Sequence record: PZ445521.1
Length of the DNA: 64,000 nt
From: a phage
Reading direction: 5' to 3' (one strand)
Part shown: one piece after another, positions 20,503-30,534 of the stretch
How positions within the stretch are numbered: position 1 is the first letter of the stretch
Layout: every line of letters starts with the position of its first letter
Made by a program: the position numbers and the translations under genes
The notes under the pieces: generated by a model
Seen by the model: the letters and a program-made list of their open reading frames with translations, nothing else
Database searches by the model: none
What the model was told of the DNA's origin: nothing

Positions 20503-20892
20503 TTAATCCAAAATATTATTAGGCATTGGTTGAACACTCACAAGTTCTTTAAAGAACTCAGTAGAGTCAGGCAATTTAACCATTTCCGGAGCATGCTTAC
20601 TGAATTTATGTTTACATTGACGGCATTTATATTCAAGCTCTGGTTTACGCCAGTTAATCAACTGAACTTGTTCAGTACCGCATTCAGGGCAATTAGGAAC
20701 GTTTTTAGAAGCTCTTTCACGTCGTTCAACCATAGCCATAATAGCATCCCATGCTGGAGGTTTAAAATCTAAATCGTCGCAGCCGTGAATCTTTCCACGC
20801 ATTTCCATATCATCTTCCTCACCAGCCATAATAATTTTAATTAAACTGGAATTACTTGAAGCTGCAATGTCTTCTAATAAACGCTTTTTCAT
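20503..20892 (-). CDS. hypothetical zinc-ribbon protein
   Basis: 129 aa; Cys pairs CPECG ... CRQCKH. Confidence 0.5.
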   Translation of the reverse strand: MKKRLLEDIAASSNSSLIKIIMAGEEDDMEMRGKIHGCDDLDFKPPAWDAIMAMVERRERASKNVPNCPECGTEQVQLINWRKPELEYKCRQCKHKFSKHAPEMVKLPDSTEFFKELVSVQPMPNNILD

Positions 20893-21818
20893 TTCAATAC
20901 CTCAATAGCATTACGTAAACCATTTGCTTTTGCATTAAGAGCTTTTAACAATTTGGTGTGTTCTGCAATTTGGGCTTCAACTTCAATCAAACGGGCATTG
21001 AGATATTCACGTTCTTCACTCAGATTATCAACCTTTTCCACTTTAGGCTCTTTTACAACTGTCTTATATGTATTAGGGTTCTTCAGTTTAATTAGAATGC
21101 GTGAACTGTATAACATTGAACCATTATCTTCGGTTTCGTCATACATTTCCACTACGTCCATAATTTTTAACATCATGCGGAGTTTATAAGACAACGAACG
21201 AATAGTTTTGTTGTGCTTATTAATTTCTTTAGCTGTCATGGTGCCAAGATTACGTGAGTAATAATAAGGAACCTGGATATTAATTAATACTGATGAACCA
21301 CCTGGCTTGTGTGTTACTTCATCAGCAATAACCCAGTCCTTAACATGAACTGTATTTGTACGGTCATCGCCCGCGGTAAATAGTTTGCGAGCATGCTTAA
21401 AAAGCATATTCACTTGGGTATTGAATTGACAAGCAAATTTATCAGCAAATTTAGTTTCAGGAATGGTAGATAACCAATCAGCCAAATGGGTCTTTTTAAC
21501 ATCGTTAACAATAGTAAATTCAACCAAATCGGTTATAGATGTCGCAGTTTTAATGAATCTCGGCTTCATAAAGTTTTCAATGTTATCACGAGCTACAGTA
21601 GAAGATAACATACGAGAACGTTTAAACCATTCAAGCAAATTGCCTAACGAATGAGAATAAGCGTTTTGAGTATCTTTACAGATATGATTTTCCTGGCCAA
21701 CATATTGAAGGAAATCACGAAGAATATTATTGATTACTGCTCTGTGTCCTATCTGATAATTACGATGTTTAGTAATAAGACTGTCAAAATAATCAATATA
21801 ATGTTTACGAGTTTTCAT
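20889..21818 (-). CDS. hypothetical protein, coiled-coil paralog family member 1
   Basis: 309 aa; C-terminal ~50 aa heptad-rich helix; see finding. Confidence 0.55.
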   Translation of the reverse strand: MKTRKHYIDYFDSLITKHRNYQIGHRAVINNILRDFLQYVGQENHICKDTQNAYSHSLGNLLEWFKRSRMLSSTVARDNIENFMKPRFIKTATSITDLVEFTIVNDVKKTHLADWLSTIPETKFADKFACQFNTQVNMLFKHARKLFTAGDDRTNTVHVKDWVIADEVTHKPGGSSVLINIQVPYYYSRNLGTMTAKEINKHNKTIRSLSYKLRMMLKIMDVVEMYDETEDNGSMLYSSRILIKLKNPNTYKTVVKEPKVEKVDNLSEEREYLNARLIEVEAQIAEHTKLLKALNAKANGLRNAIEVLK

Positions 21819-21870
21819 GTTCTTCTCACTTGGTTAATGATTTATACTCCGAGCCATCCTTGGCTTTAAA

Positions 21871-22872
21871 TTACTTAATTAACTGTAAAGCTTGTTCAAG
21901 ACGATCCAGGCGATTAACAGATTCTTCCCAAATCCTTTTAGCCTGCTCATATTCTTTCTGCGCTTTATTAGAAATTTCTAGAACTTCTTTATAAGCTTTT
22001 TCTAATGCAATAACTTCTGGACGAATTTCTACCGGTTCAGGCGAATCATCAAGATTATCCATTAGTTCCTCAAGGGTAGTTTCTTCTTTAGGAGTATTCA
22101 CAATTTCATCACATTTTTGTTGGTAAATTTCTTTATCAGTAGGTGAATAAGCACATTTCACTTCACGAAGACTAATTACAATTTTATATCCTTCCCAGCC
22201 GCATATATTCTTAAAAGGATATGTATGAATATTTTCTACTGTTTCCATACAAAGTAATGCGGTCTCTAATTGACGAGTTATAGTGCTAGCAATTGAGAAA
22301 AATTTATTAATATTCTTTTGGTTAGTTTCTGGTGTAAAAAATCCATAATTCACAAAAATAGATACTTTATTTTTATCAAGTTCATATTCTTTTATGATAA
22401 TCATGTCAGAAGCCAAAGGATGAATTTGACGATAATCACCATAACATAATTTAGAAGCTGATTTTAGAATTTGCTTCTTAAAAAGTCTGAAATTACTAAT
22501 CCAACGACGAGTAAAAATATTCTCAGGGTCTTCTTTATTATTAAGATGATAAGAATTAACATCACCGAACCAATTATATCCTACTACATCTTTGGTTCGT
22601 TTAATTTCTTTCCCAAAATTACCAAGAATATCCCGATTAACCAAATATGAAAGAAGACGAGACTCTTTAAAGGTTTTCTTGATAACATCTTTATCTACAC
22701 GACTAGAAATTTTACGAATTTCATGAATAAATTTAGTAGAAGAAACAATACTTGCATCAACACTATTGAGCCATTGATTGATAATAGAAAGAACGATATT
22801 TTGACCAAACATCGGTATAGCTTTATCATCAATAACGCTATTGAATGATTTGATATATTCGTTACGAGTCAT
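21871..22872 (-). CDS. hypothetical protein, coiled-coil paralog family member 2
   Basis: track ORF trimmed to second ATG with GAGGAG RBS; first ATG lies inside early promoter. Confidence 0.55.
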   Translation of the reverse strand: MTRNEYIKSFNSVIDDKAIPMFGQNIVLSIINQWLNSVDASIVSSTKFIHEIRKISSRVDKDVIKKTFKESRLLSYLVNRDILGNFGKEIKRTKDVVGYNWFGDVNSYHLNNKEDPENIFTRRWISNFRLFKKQILKSASKLCYGDYRQIHPLASDMIIIKEYELDKNKVSIFVNYGFFTPETNQKNINKFFSIASTITRQLETALLCMETVENIHTYPFKNICGWEGYKIVISLREVKCAYSPTDKEIYQQKCDEIVNTPKEETTLEELMDNLDDSPEPVEIRPEVIALEKAYKEVLEISNKAQKEYEQAKRIWEESVNRLDRLEQALQLIK

Positions 22873-22894
22873 ATTAATCTCCTCATTAGAAAGT

Positions 22895-22935
22895 AAGAAC
22901 ATTATACCACATCCTTGTGGCGAAGTAAACTAGTT
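22895..22935 (-). promoter_or_regulatory. T4-type early promoter
   Basis: GTTTAC, 18 bp, TATAAT. Confidence 0.65.
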
Positions 22936-23955
22936 TAGTGCATTTAGTGCATTGTTCAGTTTAGAACGTTGCTTTGTCAGATTTTGAACCCTTGACTGAG
23001 CTTGTTCTAACACCTTTTCAGCTTCTAGCACTTCATTGGTCGCTTTAACGAGTTCATCATCTACTGCCTTAAGAGACTTCTCAATCGCGTCAGCGTGCCA
23101 TTTTTCTACAGGTTTAAGACTCGGATTTTCAACAGGAAGAAAATTCACTTTATTGAATTTCCATGCATCATTATTACCTGAACTATACATCCAAAATTTA
23201 GAATCGTTTGATGAGTAATTGGATAAATTTAAATTTAAGTTATCTTGCACTTCTTGCTTTTTCTCTTGCGGGACTTCGTCCTTTCTCAAAAAATCGTATT
23301 TAAATGAAACGATCATATCAAGTTCATATGTTGTCGTATCTAACTTAAATCGTTCAAAACGAGGTAAAATCTTAGATTGAACAGCAGCAACAACATCCAT
23401 ATACTTAAATGCTTCTGTCAACTGTGATTTAAGACATTCACAAATTGAAAGAGAATTTTTAGTATTAGGCTTAAAGCTAATTCGTGCAGTTCTATTATTT
23501 TCTTTAGATGGTCTTACTTCCATTTGAAGAGTATAACCATCAAATTTCAAATTCTTTAAGTTAATATCAGAACCTTTTAATCGACTAGCAGTAGACAAAA
23601 TTTGCTTTAATTGTTTACGGAATAGAGCAATAAATCTCCATTCAAGACGATAATGATTTGGATTAAAAAATCCTGTTGATAAATCAACCTTACTCTGACC
23701 AATGCCTTGAACAAATAGAGGATTTTTATAATCAATAGTTTTACAGAAATCGGTGAGCTGCTCACGAGCAGTCATTTGTGTAATATATCCCGCTTTACTA
23801 AAATGACGTAACCATTCACTGCTATTCATATATTTAAAGTGAATATCACGATTAACTTTATCAGGGTCTAAATTATTTTGGCACAAAAATGTCATAACAT
23901 CACGAGTATAGCTGGCATTACGAACCATATCTTCAATTTGAGAACGAGTTTTCAT
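22930..23955 (-). CDS. hypothetical protein, coiled-coil paralog family member 3
   Basis: 341 aa; shares W..F..FRKQLKQIL.TASRL block with member 2. Confidence 0.55.
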   Translation of the reverse strand: MKTRSQIEDMVRNASYTRDVMTFLCQNNLDPDKVNRDIHFKYMNSSEWLRHFSKAGYITQMTAREQLTDFCKTIDYKNPLFVQGIGQSKVDLSTGFFNPNHYRLEWRFIALFRKQLKQILSTASRLKGSDINLKNLKFDGYTLQMEVRPSKENNRTARISFKPNTKNSLSICECLKSQLTEAFKYMDVVAAVQSKILPRFERFKLDTTTYELDMIVSFKYDFLRKDEVPQEKKQEVQDNLNLNLSNYSSNDSKFWMYSSGNNDAWKFNKVNFLPVENPSLKPVEKWHADAIEKSLKAVDDELVKATNEVLEAEKVLEQAQSRVQNLTKQRSKLNNALNALN

Positions 23956-23963
23956 GGTGTTCC

Positions 23964-24851
23964 TTAAGATTTAAGTAAATCAACAATTTTAATTAACTTT
24001 TCACGCTCAGATTTAGCTTTACTACTCAATCCAGATAGTCTGAATATTTCATCATCATATTGTTGAATAGAAATATTTAGCTCTTCTATTTGTTTACTGA
24101 AATAATCAATCTGCTCGGAATATTTTTCATTACTGCGAACTGGTACAGGTTTTGTAGGAAATTTAGTTAAACTGGATTCATCCGGGCGATAAATTAAAAT
24201 GCAATTTGAACCAATCGGGCATTTAGCACCAGATGAATATTCTAACGTTCCAGCTTCTTTTAAAACTTCAAAAGCTAAACAGAGATGATGCCCCATATTA
24301 ACATAATCTGTAGAGCGAGCTCTGACGTAATAATCATCGCCGCGAATACTAAATTTAAAGCATTTAAGGTCTTCTGTATTATTGGTCTTAAAAATCATTT
24401 GTTTATCTAGACCTTTAGCTAATCGAGCGCCTAATGCTAATAATCGTCGTTGATTTTCCCACAAATCCGTAATCATTTGATCGAATGATAATTTAGGCAT
24501 TAGTCGACCATAAAGGTCATATCCTTTATTATAATTGCGAAGGATTTCACTCGCATTAATACGAGACAACGCTCCAATTTTATTAAGGGCTTTCATGATG
24601 CGATTAGATAAACCCATTCCAGACCCATTTGTTCGTTGTAAATGTTTTTCTAATCCAAATCCAATATCAACTTTAAATTTATCTAAAATTTCAGCATGAA
24701 CATCTCTGTCAATAACATTCAAATCCAAAGTTGGGTTAAATCTATGAAAAAATTTATCTGGCTCTCCACGACGAAGTACAGTCCATTCATTTAATTTTTT
24801 ATTAACTAAAGATTTAATTACTGCATTGACATTATTAATTACTACTGACAT
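23964..24851 (-). CDS. hypothetical protein, coiled-coil paralog family member 4
   Basis: track TTG start trimmed to ATG at 24851. Confidence 0.5.
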   Translation of the reverse strand: MSVVINNVNAVIKSLVNKKLNEWTVLRRGEPDKFFHRFNPTLDLNVIDRDVHAEILDKFKVDIGFGLEKHLQRTNGSGMGLSNRIMKALNKIGALSRINASEILRNYNKGYDLYGRLMPKLSFDQMITDLWENQRRLLALGARLAKGLDKQMIFKTNNTEDLKCFKFSIRGDDYYVRARSTDYVNMGHHLCLAFEVLKEAGTLEYSSGAKCPIGSNCILIYRPDESSLTKFPTKPVPVRSNEKYSEQIDYFSKQIEELNISIQQYDDEIFRLSGLSSKAKSEREKLIKIVDLLKS

Positions 24852-24862
24852 ATTTTTCTCAC

Positions 24863-25267
24863 TCAATTTTCAATTTTACTAAATACACAGAATATGATGG
24901 AAAAGACTATATAAGCACCGCATACAGATTGAACTAATACCATTCCAAAGAACCAAACAATATTATCAAACAATGTCTGTTTTACGTCGAAAGGACGTAA
25001 ACTTACAGTAATATTATCGCCTTTTTCTATTGATGAATACATCTCTGGTGAAATATATTCACTAAATCTATAACCGTCTTTGAGTTCATATACGGCAATA
25101 AACGATAAACTAGACCCCTTTCCTTGAGTTCCTGTAAGGGTATTAACTACAGTAACATCATAATCTTTATAATGCATATAATCATTAATTGCATAATAAC
25201 CATATGCAACTACTACACATAAACAACATATCAATAAATTCAATCTTTTAATTATCAACTGTTTCAT
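24863..25267 (-). CDS. membrane protein
   Basis: 134 aa with hydrophobic segments at both ends. Confidence 0.5.
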   Translation of the reverse strand: MKQLIIKRLNLLICCLCVVVAYGYYAINDYMHYKDYDVTVVNTLTGTQGKGSSLSFIAVYELKDGYRFSEYISPEMYSSIEKGDNITVSLRPFDVKQTLFDNIVWFFGMVLVQSVCGAYIVFSIIFCVFSKIEN

Positions 25268-25322
25268 AATAATCTCAATTAAAAGGGCTTAGAACCATTA
25301 TACCATCCTTGGTATAAAGCGG

Positions 25323-25850
25323 TTATGCGAGTACCGTCTTTAACCGTTCTTCAAACTTCCGAAGAGTATTTTGGCGTTCAGCTCTTTGCTTTTTGTAAGT
25401 TTCAATACGCTCTGAAATGAGAGTGTATCGTTCATTTACTGATTCTTTCATAAAATCAGGAATTTCACGAGAAGCTTTAATCTCATCAAATTTATCAATA
25501 ACAGCTTGCTCTTCAGCAATTAAGTTATCATACATCAAAATATCTTTCTTGATGAACTCAATATCTTCTTGAGTTACACGAGATAATTTAGATGCTTTAT
25601 CCTTTTTGTACTGTTCGTTAGTATCACGAGACCAGTGTAATGTACGATTTTTATTCGTATTCTTGTAAATTTCTACAATACCAATCTCATCAATAATAAC
25701 GATCCAATTCCAACGAGATTTGTAAATTTGTCCTCCGTCAACCGTGATTTCACCTCCGATTGAGATGTCATTAAAGAACTTGCTTTGTGCTTCAGATTTA
25801 AATTTACCATCGTTGTAATTTACCAGGTTGAAAATATCTTTAGCGTTCAT
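25323..25850 (-). CDS. hypothetical protein
   Basis: track ORF trimmed to MNAKDIF... (ATG 25850, GGAGGA RBS); upstream part is promoter. Confidence 0.5.
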   Translation of the reverse strand: MNAKDIFNLVNYNDGKFKSEAQSKFFNDISIGGEITVDGGQIYKSRWNWIVIIDEIGIVEIYKNTNKNRTLHWSRDTNEQYKKDKASKLSRVTQEDIEFIKKDILMYDNLIAEEQAVIDKFDEIKASREIPDFMKESVNERYTLISERIETYKKQRAERQNTLRKFEERLKTVLA

Positions 25851-25869
25851 TTTGTGTTCCTCCGTAGTT

Positions 25870-25915
25870 GATAGTTGTATAGTACCACAGAGGAACGGTC
25901 TTGTAAACAACTAAA
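25870..25915 (-). promoter_or_regulatory. T4-type early promoter
   Basis: GTTTACA, 17 bp, TACTATAC. Confidence 0.65.
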
Positions 25916-26225
25916 AGAAACTTCTTTCACAATTTTTTCCACTGAACCACGCACTCACTGCTTTCTTAGTCTCAGGAGCAGTGTTATCCATAAACCATTC
26001 AAAGGCAGCCTTTTTATGATTCTGGAGGGCTTCTCGGGCTTTAATCTGCTCACGGTCTATTAACACTAACATATGAGCCTTTCTTGTCACCATGGGCTTC
26101 TTATGATTTTTTGAATACTCCCAATCATTTGTCCATCGCATCGTTGTTGCGAACTGAAATACAGCTTCTTTAATTTTAGTTTCGTAAATTTCACGAGCCT
26201 TTGAGTATAACATCACTACCTCCAT
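25911..26225 (-). CDS. hypothetical protein
   Basis: 104 aa ORF; exact start not resolved. Confidence 0.4.
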   Translation of the reverse strand: MEVVMLYSKAREIYETKIKEAVFQFATTMRWTNDWEYSKNHKKPMVTRKAHMLVLIDREQIKAREALQNHKKAAFEWFMDNTAPETKKAVSAWFSGKNCERSFF

Positions 26226-26314
26226 TTATCAGTTTAATTCTAATCATCTTTTTGATGGCAGTCCATATAATCTATTTCTGAACTGCCTTTTTGTCATAGA
26301 AGGCCTCTTATGAA

Positions 26315-27283
26315 TTATTTCAGAAGAGTAACCTCAGCAATTTCTTCCCAACCGTTTTTGTCTGTCATAATAAAGTCAGCAAGATAAAGAGCAGTACGCA
26401 GTGAAACATTACGTAAACGATTAACATTGACTTTCATCCATGATAATGCTTTATAAGTTTCTTCATCAGAAAGACCGCGCTTTTGCATCATGTCAGTTGA
26501 AAGAATAACATCTTCAACCCTGACCATAATTTCTTCATTAGTGTGAACACCCAAATCCAAATAAACTGAGCGGGACACTAATGCTTGTAAATGTGGAGCA
26601 AGTTTAGTACCACGGTCTAATTCGCGGTCAATGTCAACGTTTGTGATAAAAACAATCGTTCCTTTAAATTCAAACTCACGCTCAATGCCTTTTTCTTCTA
26701 AGTAAGAAGATGCGGTGCTCCAGCAGACTTTACGGGTCTCTCCGGTGTCCAGAGCAGCTTTCAGAAGATTAAGAATGTCCATATCAGAGAAAACATCCAC
26801 ATCATCAATCAAAAGGACAGAATTCTCTTCACGATTATTCCAAAGCTGCTCATAAAGACCAATACCAGAGATTTTACCATTAATGCTTTTATATTCAATG
26901 TATCCAATATCATTTGCTTTATTTAAAGCTTTATCTAAAGAATACGTTTTACCAATACCCGCCGCACCAGAGATAATTAATGAACGAATATTTCCATTAA
27001 TAATACCATTCGTCATCATTCCCATAACATTAAATCTTTTATTAATGCGGGTTTTCATATCTTCATACGATTCTTTAACTTCTTCAACTTTTACACCATC
27101 ATATGAAATGTCTGATTTGTAAACCCAAACACCGCGACGTTTACCGTCAATTTCAACAAAAACTTTACCATCTCCTTGTGCATCTACCGGAGCATTATCT
27201 GGGAACCATTCGCCTAAGAGCTCAAAAGTTCCAGAGATTTCTTTACCGAAGTAGATACCCTTATTGATAGTTACAGTTTTCAT
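26315..27283 (-). CDS. P-loop ATPase (AAA-like)
   Basis: 322 aa; Walker A SGAAGIGKT, Walker B LLIDDVD. Confidence 0.6.
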   Translation of the reverse strand: MKTVTINKGIYFGKEISGTFELLGEWFPDNAPVDAQGDGKVFVEIDGKRRGVWVYKSDISYDGVKVEEVKESYEDMKTRINKRFNVMGMMTNGIINGNIRSLIISGAAGIGKTYSLDKALNKANDIGYIEYKSINGKISGIGLYEQLWNNREENSVLLIDDVDVFSDMDILNLLKAALDTGETRKVCWSTASSYLEEKGIEREFEFKGTIVFITNVDIDRELDRGTKLAPHLQALVSRSVYLDLGVHTNEEIMVRVEDVILSTDMMQKRGLSDEETYKALSWMKVNVNRLRNVSLRTALYLADFIMTDKNGWEEIAEVTLLK

Positions 27284-27340
27284 TTTATTCTCCTTTGATT
27301 TGATAGGACTACTATAACATAGTCCTATCAGTTTGTATAC

Positions 27341-27541
27341 TTATTTTGACATTTCTTCGATGTCACGACGATACCCGTCACGAACTTCACGAAGAGCTTC
27401 AAGGCCACACATAGGCTCGATACCAGTAATGTGAACTTGATTAATCTGATACTCTACATCTTCTAACTGAGCGAAAACATAACGACGTTCAGCTGCACAA
27501 CCAGGTTTAGCTTTACCGAAACGTTTATTCAAAGTAGTCAT
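27341..27541 (-). CDS. hypothetical small protein
   Basis: 66 aa ORF directly downstream of early promoter. Confidence 0.4.
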   Translation of the reverse strand: MTTLNKRFGKAKPGCAAERRYVFAQLEDVEYQINQVHITGIEPMCGLEALREVRDGYRRDIEEMSK

Positions 27542-27571
27542 TTTGTATCTCCAATTTACTCATTTGTTTTG

Positions 27572-27618
27572 ATAGTTGTATAGTACCATAAAGCTTTATG
27601 CTTGTAAACAGTTTTGTG
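27572..27618 (-). promoter_or_regulatory. T4-type early promoter
   Basis: GTTTACA, 17 bp, TACTATAC, AAAAATTTTT upstream. Confidence 0.7.
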
Positions 27619-27639
27619 AAAAATTTTTGAAATAAAAAA

Positions 27640-27658
27640 GGGAGCCCGAAGGCTCCCT
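27640..27658 (-). terminator. UUCG-tetraloop hairpin upstream of early promoter
   Basis: GGGAGCCCGAAGGCTCCC. Confidence 0.55.
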
Positions 27659-27659
27659 A

Positions 27660-28673
27660 TCATTTATAATAACTTCGGTGGTTTTCAAGATAGACCTTCT
27701 CAAGGAAGTCATCCCAGAAACTCATGTCTACTGTTTTAGGCATACCGTTCTTAGAAGCTTCAGTAGATGCTGCTTCTACTTGATCGACCACATCTTCCAA
27801 AAACTCTTGAACTGTTTTAAATGGATGTTTACCCAACTTCACGTCGAGAATAAATGGAGCATCTTGAAGTGGATAGACTAAGTCACCAGTTTTGTAAATT
27901 TCCAATAGTTGAAGTCCACCACGACAAGCATGGCTCAGAGCTTTCCAGTCAATGCCTTCATTGGCTTCGGCCTTACGAGCGCGTTCACCATATTCAGCAT
28001 CTAATTTGTTCAGTGACTGCTTAAGCTCAATAAGAGAAAGAGTTGTCTGATATTTACGACCCAACACTGTGTAAAACGTCTGTGGGCCTGTTTTCTCATG
28101 ATTATGGAACACCCATTCACAGAATTCGTTTTCTGGAAGACGATGCTTAATATCTTCAACTTTAGTACGACGCTGCTTAATGGAACCGTCTTCTTGGTAA
28201 TCAACCCATTGCTCAGGGATTTGATTAACTACTTTCAATACATCACGTAATGCAGCCAAACGAGAACCCTTGACACCGTATTTAGAAGCTTGCTTGCGAA
28301 CATATCCTAAATAGGATTTCATGTTAGTCGTATAAAAACGAGAACGGTTGTCTTGAATAAACTTCCACACATCAGGCAAATCAGATTTAACCACTAGTTC
28401 AGGTGGAGTATGAAGCATATCTAATGCTACAGTTTCACCATCTGCAGCTAATTTAAAGAAATATTTAAGACTGTATAGTTCATGGTCAATATCATCTTTA
28501 GTGTTTTTAGATGATGTGTTGTTGGTGTTTTTACTCATGTGCTCTTTGACATTTCCGATAAGAATATCGCGAGCAGGAGGAACAAAAATTTCTTTAAAAT
28601 CTACATCAGATTCTGGGGTAGAAGTTCCATAAAGATGACTACCAAAATAGCTTTTCATTACTGTTTTCATCAT
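27660..28673 (-). CDS. nucleotidyltransferase-fold protein
   Basis: 337 aa; N-terminal GSHLYGTSTPESDVDF fits GS-x(9-13)-DxD pol-beta NTase motif. Confidence 0.6.
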   Translation of the reverse strand: MMKTVMKSYFGSHLYGTSTPESDVDFKEIFVPPARDILIGNVKEHMSKNTNNTSSKNTKDDIDHELYSLKYFFKLAADGETVALDMLHTPPELVVKSDLPDVWKFIQDNRSRFYTTNMKSYLGYVRKQASKYGVKGSRLAALRDVLKVVNQIPEQWVDYQEDGSIKQRRTKVEDIKHRLPENEFCEWVFHNHEKTGPQTFYTVLGRKYQTTLSLIELKQSLNKLDAEYGERARKAEANEGIDWKALSHACRGGLQLLEIYKTGDLVYPLQDAPFILDVKLGKHPFKTVQEFLEDVVDQVEAASTEASKNGMPKTVDMSFWDDFLEKVYLENHRSYYK

Positions 28674-29131
28674 TCAGCCTTATATTCAATAACAGGACAT
28701 ACTTTAGCTTTACGAGCTTTTAAAAATTCGACGATAATCGATTTCTTGGGTTGAATAGGAGGTAAACCTTTATACGCTCTATCAATATTTTCTACGTGTA
28801 AAGCATAATCCTTTTTCCATTTATAATCTTTATATTTTTCACGCAAATGTGCAGGAATAACAAATGAACCGATAATAAGTAAAACAACCAAAAGTGCAAG
28901 TATAAATGCCGATGGAAGAAGAGTCCATAAACTACCGAAAATAAGCCAACGTTGTAGGCTTTCTGCACAAATAATTGTTAACCCTACGAGTATAGCACAC
29001 CCAAAAATAGAAACGAAAAATGTAGGAATGGCAATAGACCAAAAATATGCGCATAGTGTCTTAGGTCGTTGCCATTCGTCGTTAAACAATTTGAATAATT
29101 TATAATGCCAAGAGTTTTCATTAATAATCAT
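28670..29131 (-). CDS. membrane protein
   Basis: 153 aa, about three hydrophobic helices; stop overlaps NTase start. Confidence 0.5.
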   Translation of the reverse strand: MIINENSWHYKLFKLFNDEWQRPKTLCAYFWSIAIPTFFVSIFGCAILVGLTIICAESLQRWLIFGSLWTLLPSAFILALLVVLLIIGSFVIPAHLREKYKDYKWKKDYALHVENIDRAYKGLPPIQPKKSIIVEFLKARKAKVCPVIEYKAE

Positions 29132-29133
29132 AA

Positions 29134-29655
29134 TTATCCTTTCATTGAAGGAGTAATGGTTGTTAAATACTTAATCATAGCTTCAGCTTCTGATTTTGAT
29201 AATGAAATTTCTCCATTGTTTTGACGAATAGAAATAAAATCCGGATGACGGTCACCACCAGCTTTTAAAACACACATATAAGTATCAACTTCACCTTCAA
29301 TATTTGAAATGATTGAAGCAGTTCCGCATGAATGTGGTTTTTGATAAATCAATGCAGCTTTTCTTCCACCATTTGACTGTTCATAGGCTTTTAATACATC
29401 AAACAAATCAGTTCTTTTATCAATAGCTAAAATGTTATTTTCATCTTCAATGTTAAATCCTTCGGATACTTCATAAAGCGTTACCCATAAATCACCGATG
29501 TCAATAACAGCATTTACTTTTCCACGGCTTTCAAGAGTATGACAAATTTTCTTGATTTCGTCATAACTCATTTTAATAATATCATCTCCTTGACTAAGGA
29601 AGATGTCATTTTTAAATTCAACACGAATTAAACCACTTTCACTTGAAATAAACAT
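29134..29655 (-). CDS. hypothetical protein (tandem paralog A)
   Basis: 173 aa; related to 29662..30207. Confidence 0.5.
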   Translation of the reverse strand: MFISSESGLIRVEFKNDIFLSQGDDIIKMSYDEIKKICHTLESRGKVNAVIDIGDLWVTLYEVSEGFNIEDENNILAIDKRTDLFDVLKAYEQSNGGRKAALIYQKPHSCGTASIISNIEGEVDTYMCVLKAGGDRHPDFISIRQNNGEISLSKSEAEAMIKYLTTITPSMKG

Positions 29656-29661
29656 ATTTCC

Positions 29662-30207
29662 TCACTTTGAAATCATAGTTGGAATAACAGAATCAAGATA
29701 AGTCTTTAGTGCAATAGCTTCGTCTTTGGTAAATGTGACAATATGTGCTCGAAAATCATCAATTTGACGAATAGTTAAGACATCTCCATCTTCATAACAT
29801 TTTGATACGTTTAAAACAGTTTCATCATTCTGATTGCAAGCGTTAGTAATAATAGCATTGCAATTTTTAAACCATTTTAAACTATGTTTTCTTTCATTAG
29901 AATAATAAAAATATTTAATCTTATCTATAAAACTATCCCAATGGATAACTGATAAGCATATTGACTCGCTTTCAATATTAAATCCTGGGCATGAAGAATA
30001 AAAATGAATTTTATGCTCATCATTAATGCTTACAATTTTATCAGTATAAGGATTTTCAATTTTGGTTAAATGAATGATTTCACTAGGCGTAAAATACAGC
30101 ATATCGTCTTCTTGTGTCAAACGATACATATTATTTACTTTTTCTATAGCCAATTCACCAAAAAGTGAACTAACTTCTAATACTAATCGTTTCGCCGCTA
30201 CCGTCAT
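29662..30207 (-). CDS. hypothetical protein (tandem paralog B)
   Basis: 181 aa; shared GFNIE(S/D)E and C-terminal YL..I.P.M motifs. Confidence 0.5.
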   Translation of the reverse strand: MTVAAKRLVLEVSSLFGELAIEKVNNMYRLTQEDDMLYFTPSEIIHLTKIENPYTDKIVSINDEHKIHFYSSCPGFNIESESICLSVIHWDSFIDKIKYFYYSNERKHSLKWFKNCNAIITNACNQNDETVLNVSKCYEDGDVLTIRQIDDFRAHIVTFTKDEAIALKTYLDSVIPTMISK

Positions 30208-30334
30208 TACATACTCCTCTGAATCATATCAATAATGTTGTTCACCAGATTATAAGTAAACATTGGGTAATTATATTGAATCACCACATACACAACAAAC
30301 AAAACTTTCATTCTCTTCTCCTTGGCAGTTGACA

Positions 30335-30375
30335 AGATTACTATACCATAACCTTGCCAACTTGTAAACCATTAA
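30335..30375 (-). promoter_or_regulatory. T4-type early promoter
   Basis: GTTTACA, 17 bp, TATAGT. Confidence 0.6.
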
Positions 30376-30534
30376 ATGACGTTTTCGATAAAATTCTGAA
30401 GCTTTGTATGAGCATCAACCATGATTTTCATTTCTTCCTTTGCGAAAGCTGTACCTCTTTCACGAGAAGAACATTCATAGTCAGAAACTGCATTAGCATA
30501 TTCTTCAATTAGCTTCATTAAAAACATCTGCTTT

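Noticed and set aside
25298-25318. Inverted repeat TTATACCA-tcc-TGGTATAA upstream of 25267 considered as a promoter
   Set aside because: No properly spaced -35 element; more likely a small hairpin, function unclear.
27341-27541. 66-aa ORF with locally higher GC considered as a horizontally acquired host gene fragment
   Set aside because: Too short, with no recognisable motif; retained only as a low-confidence hypothetical CDS.
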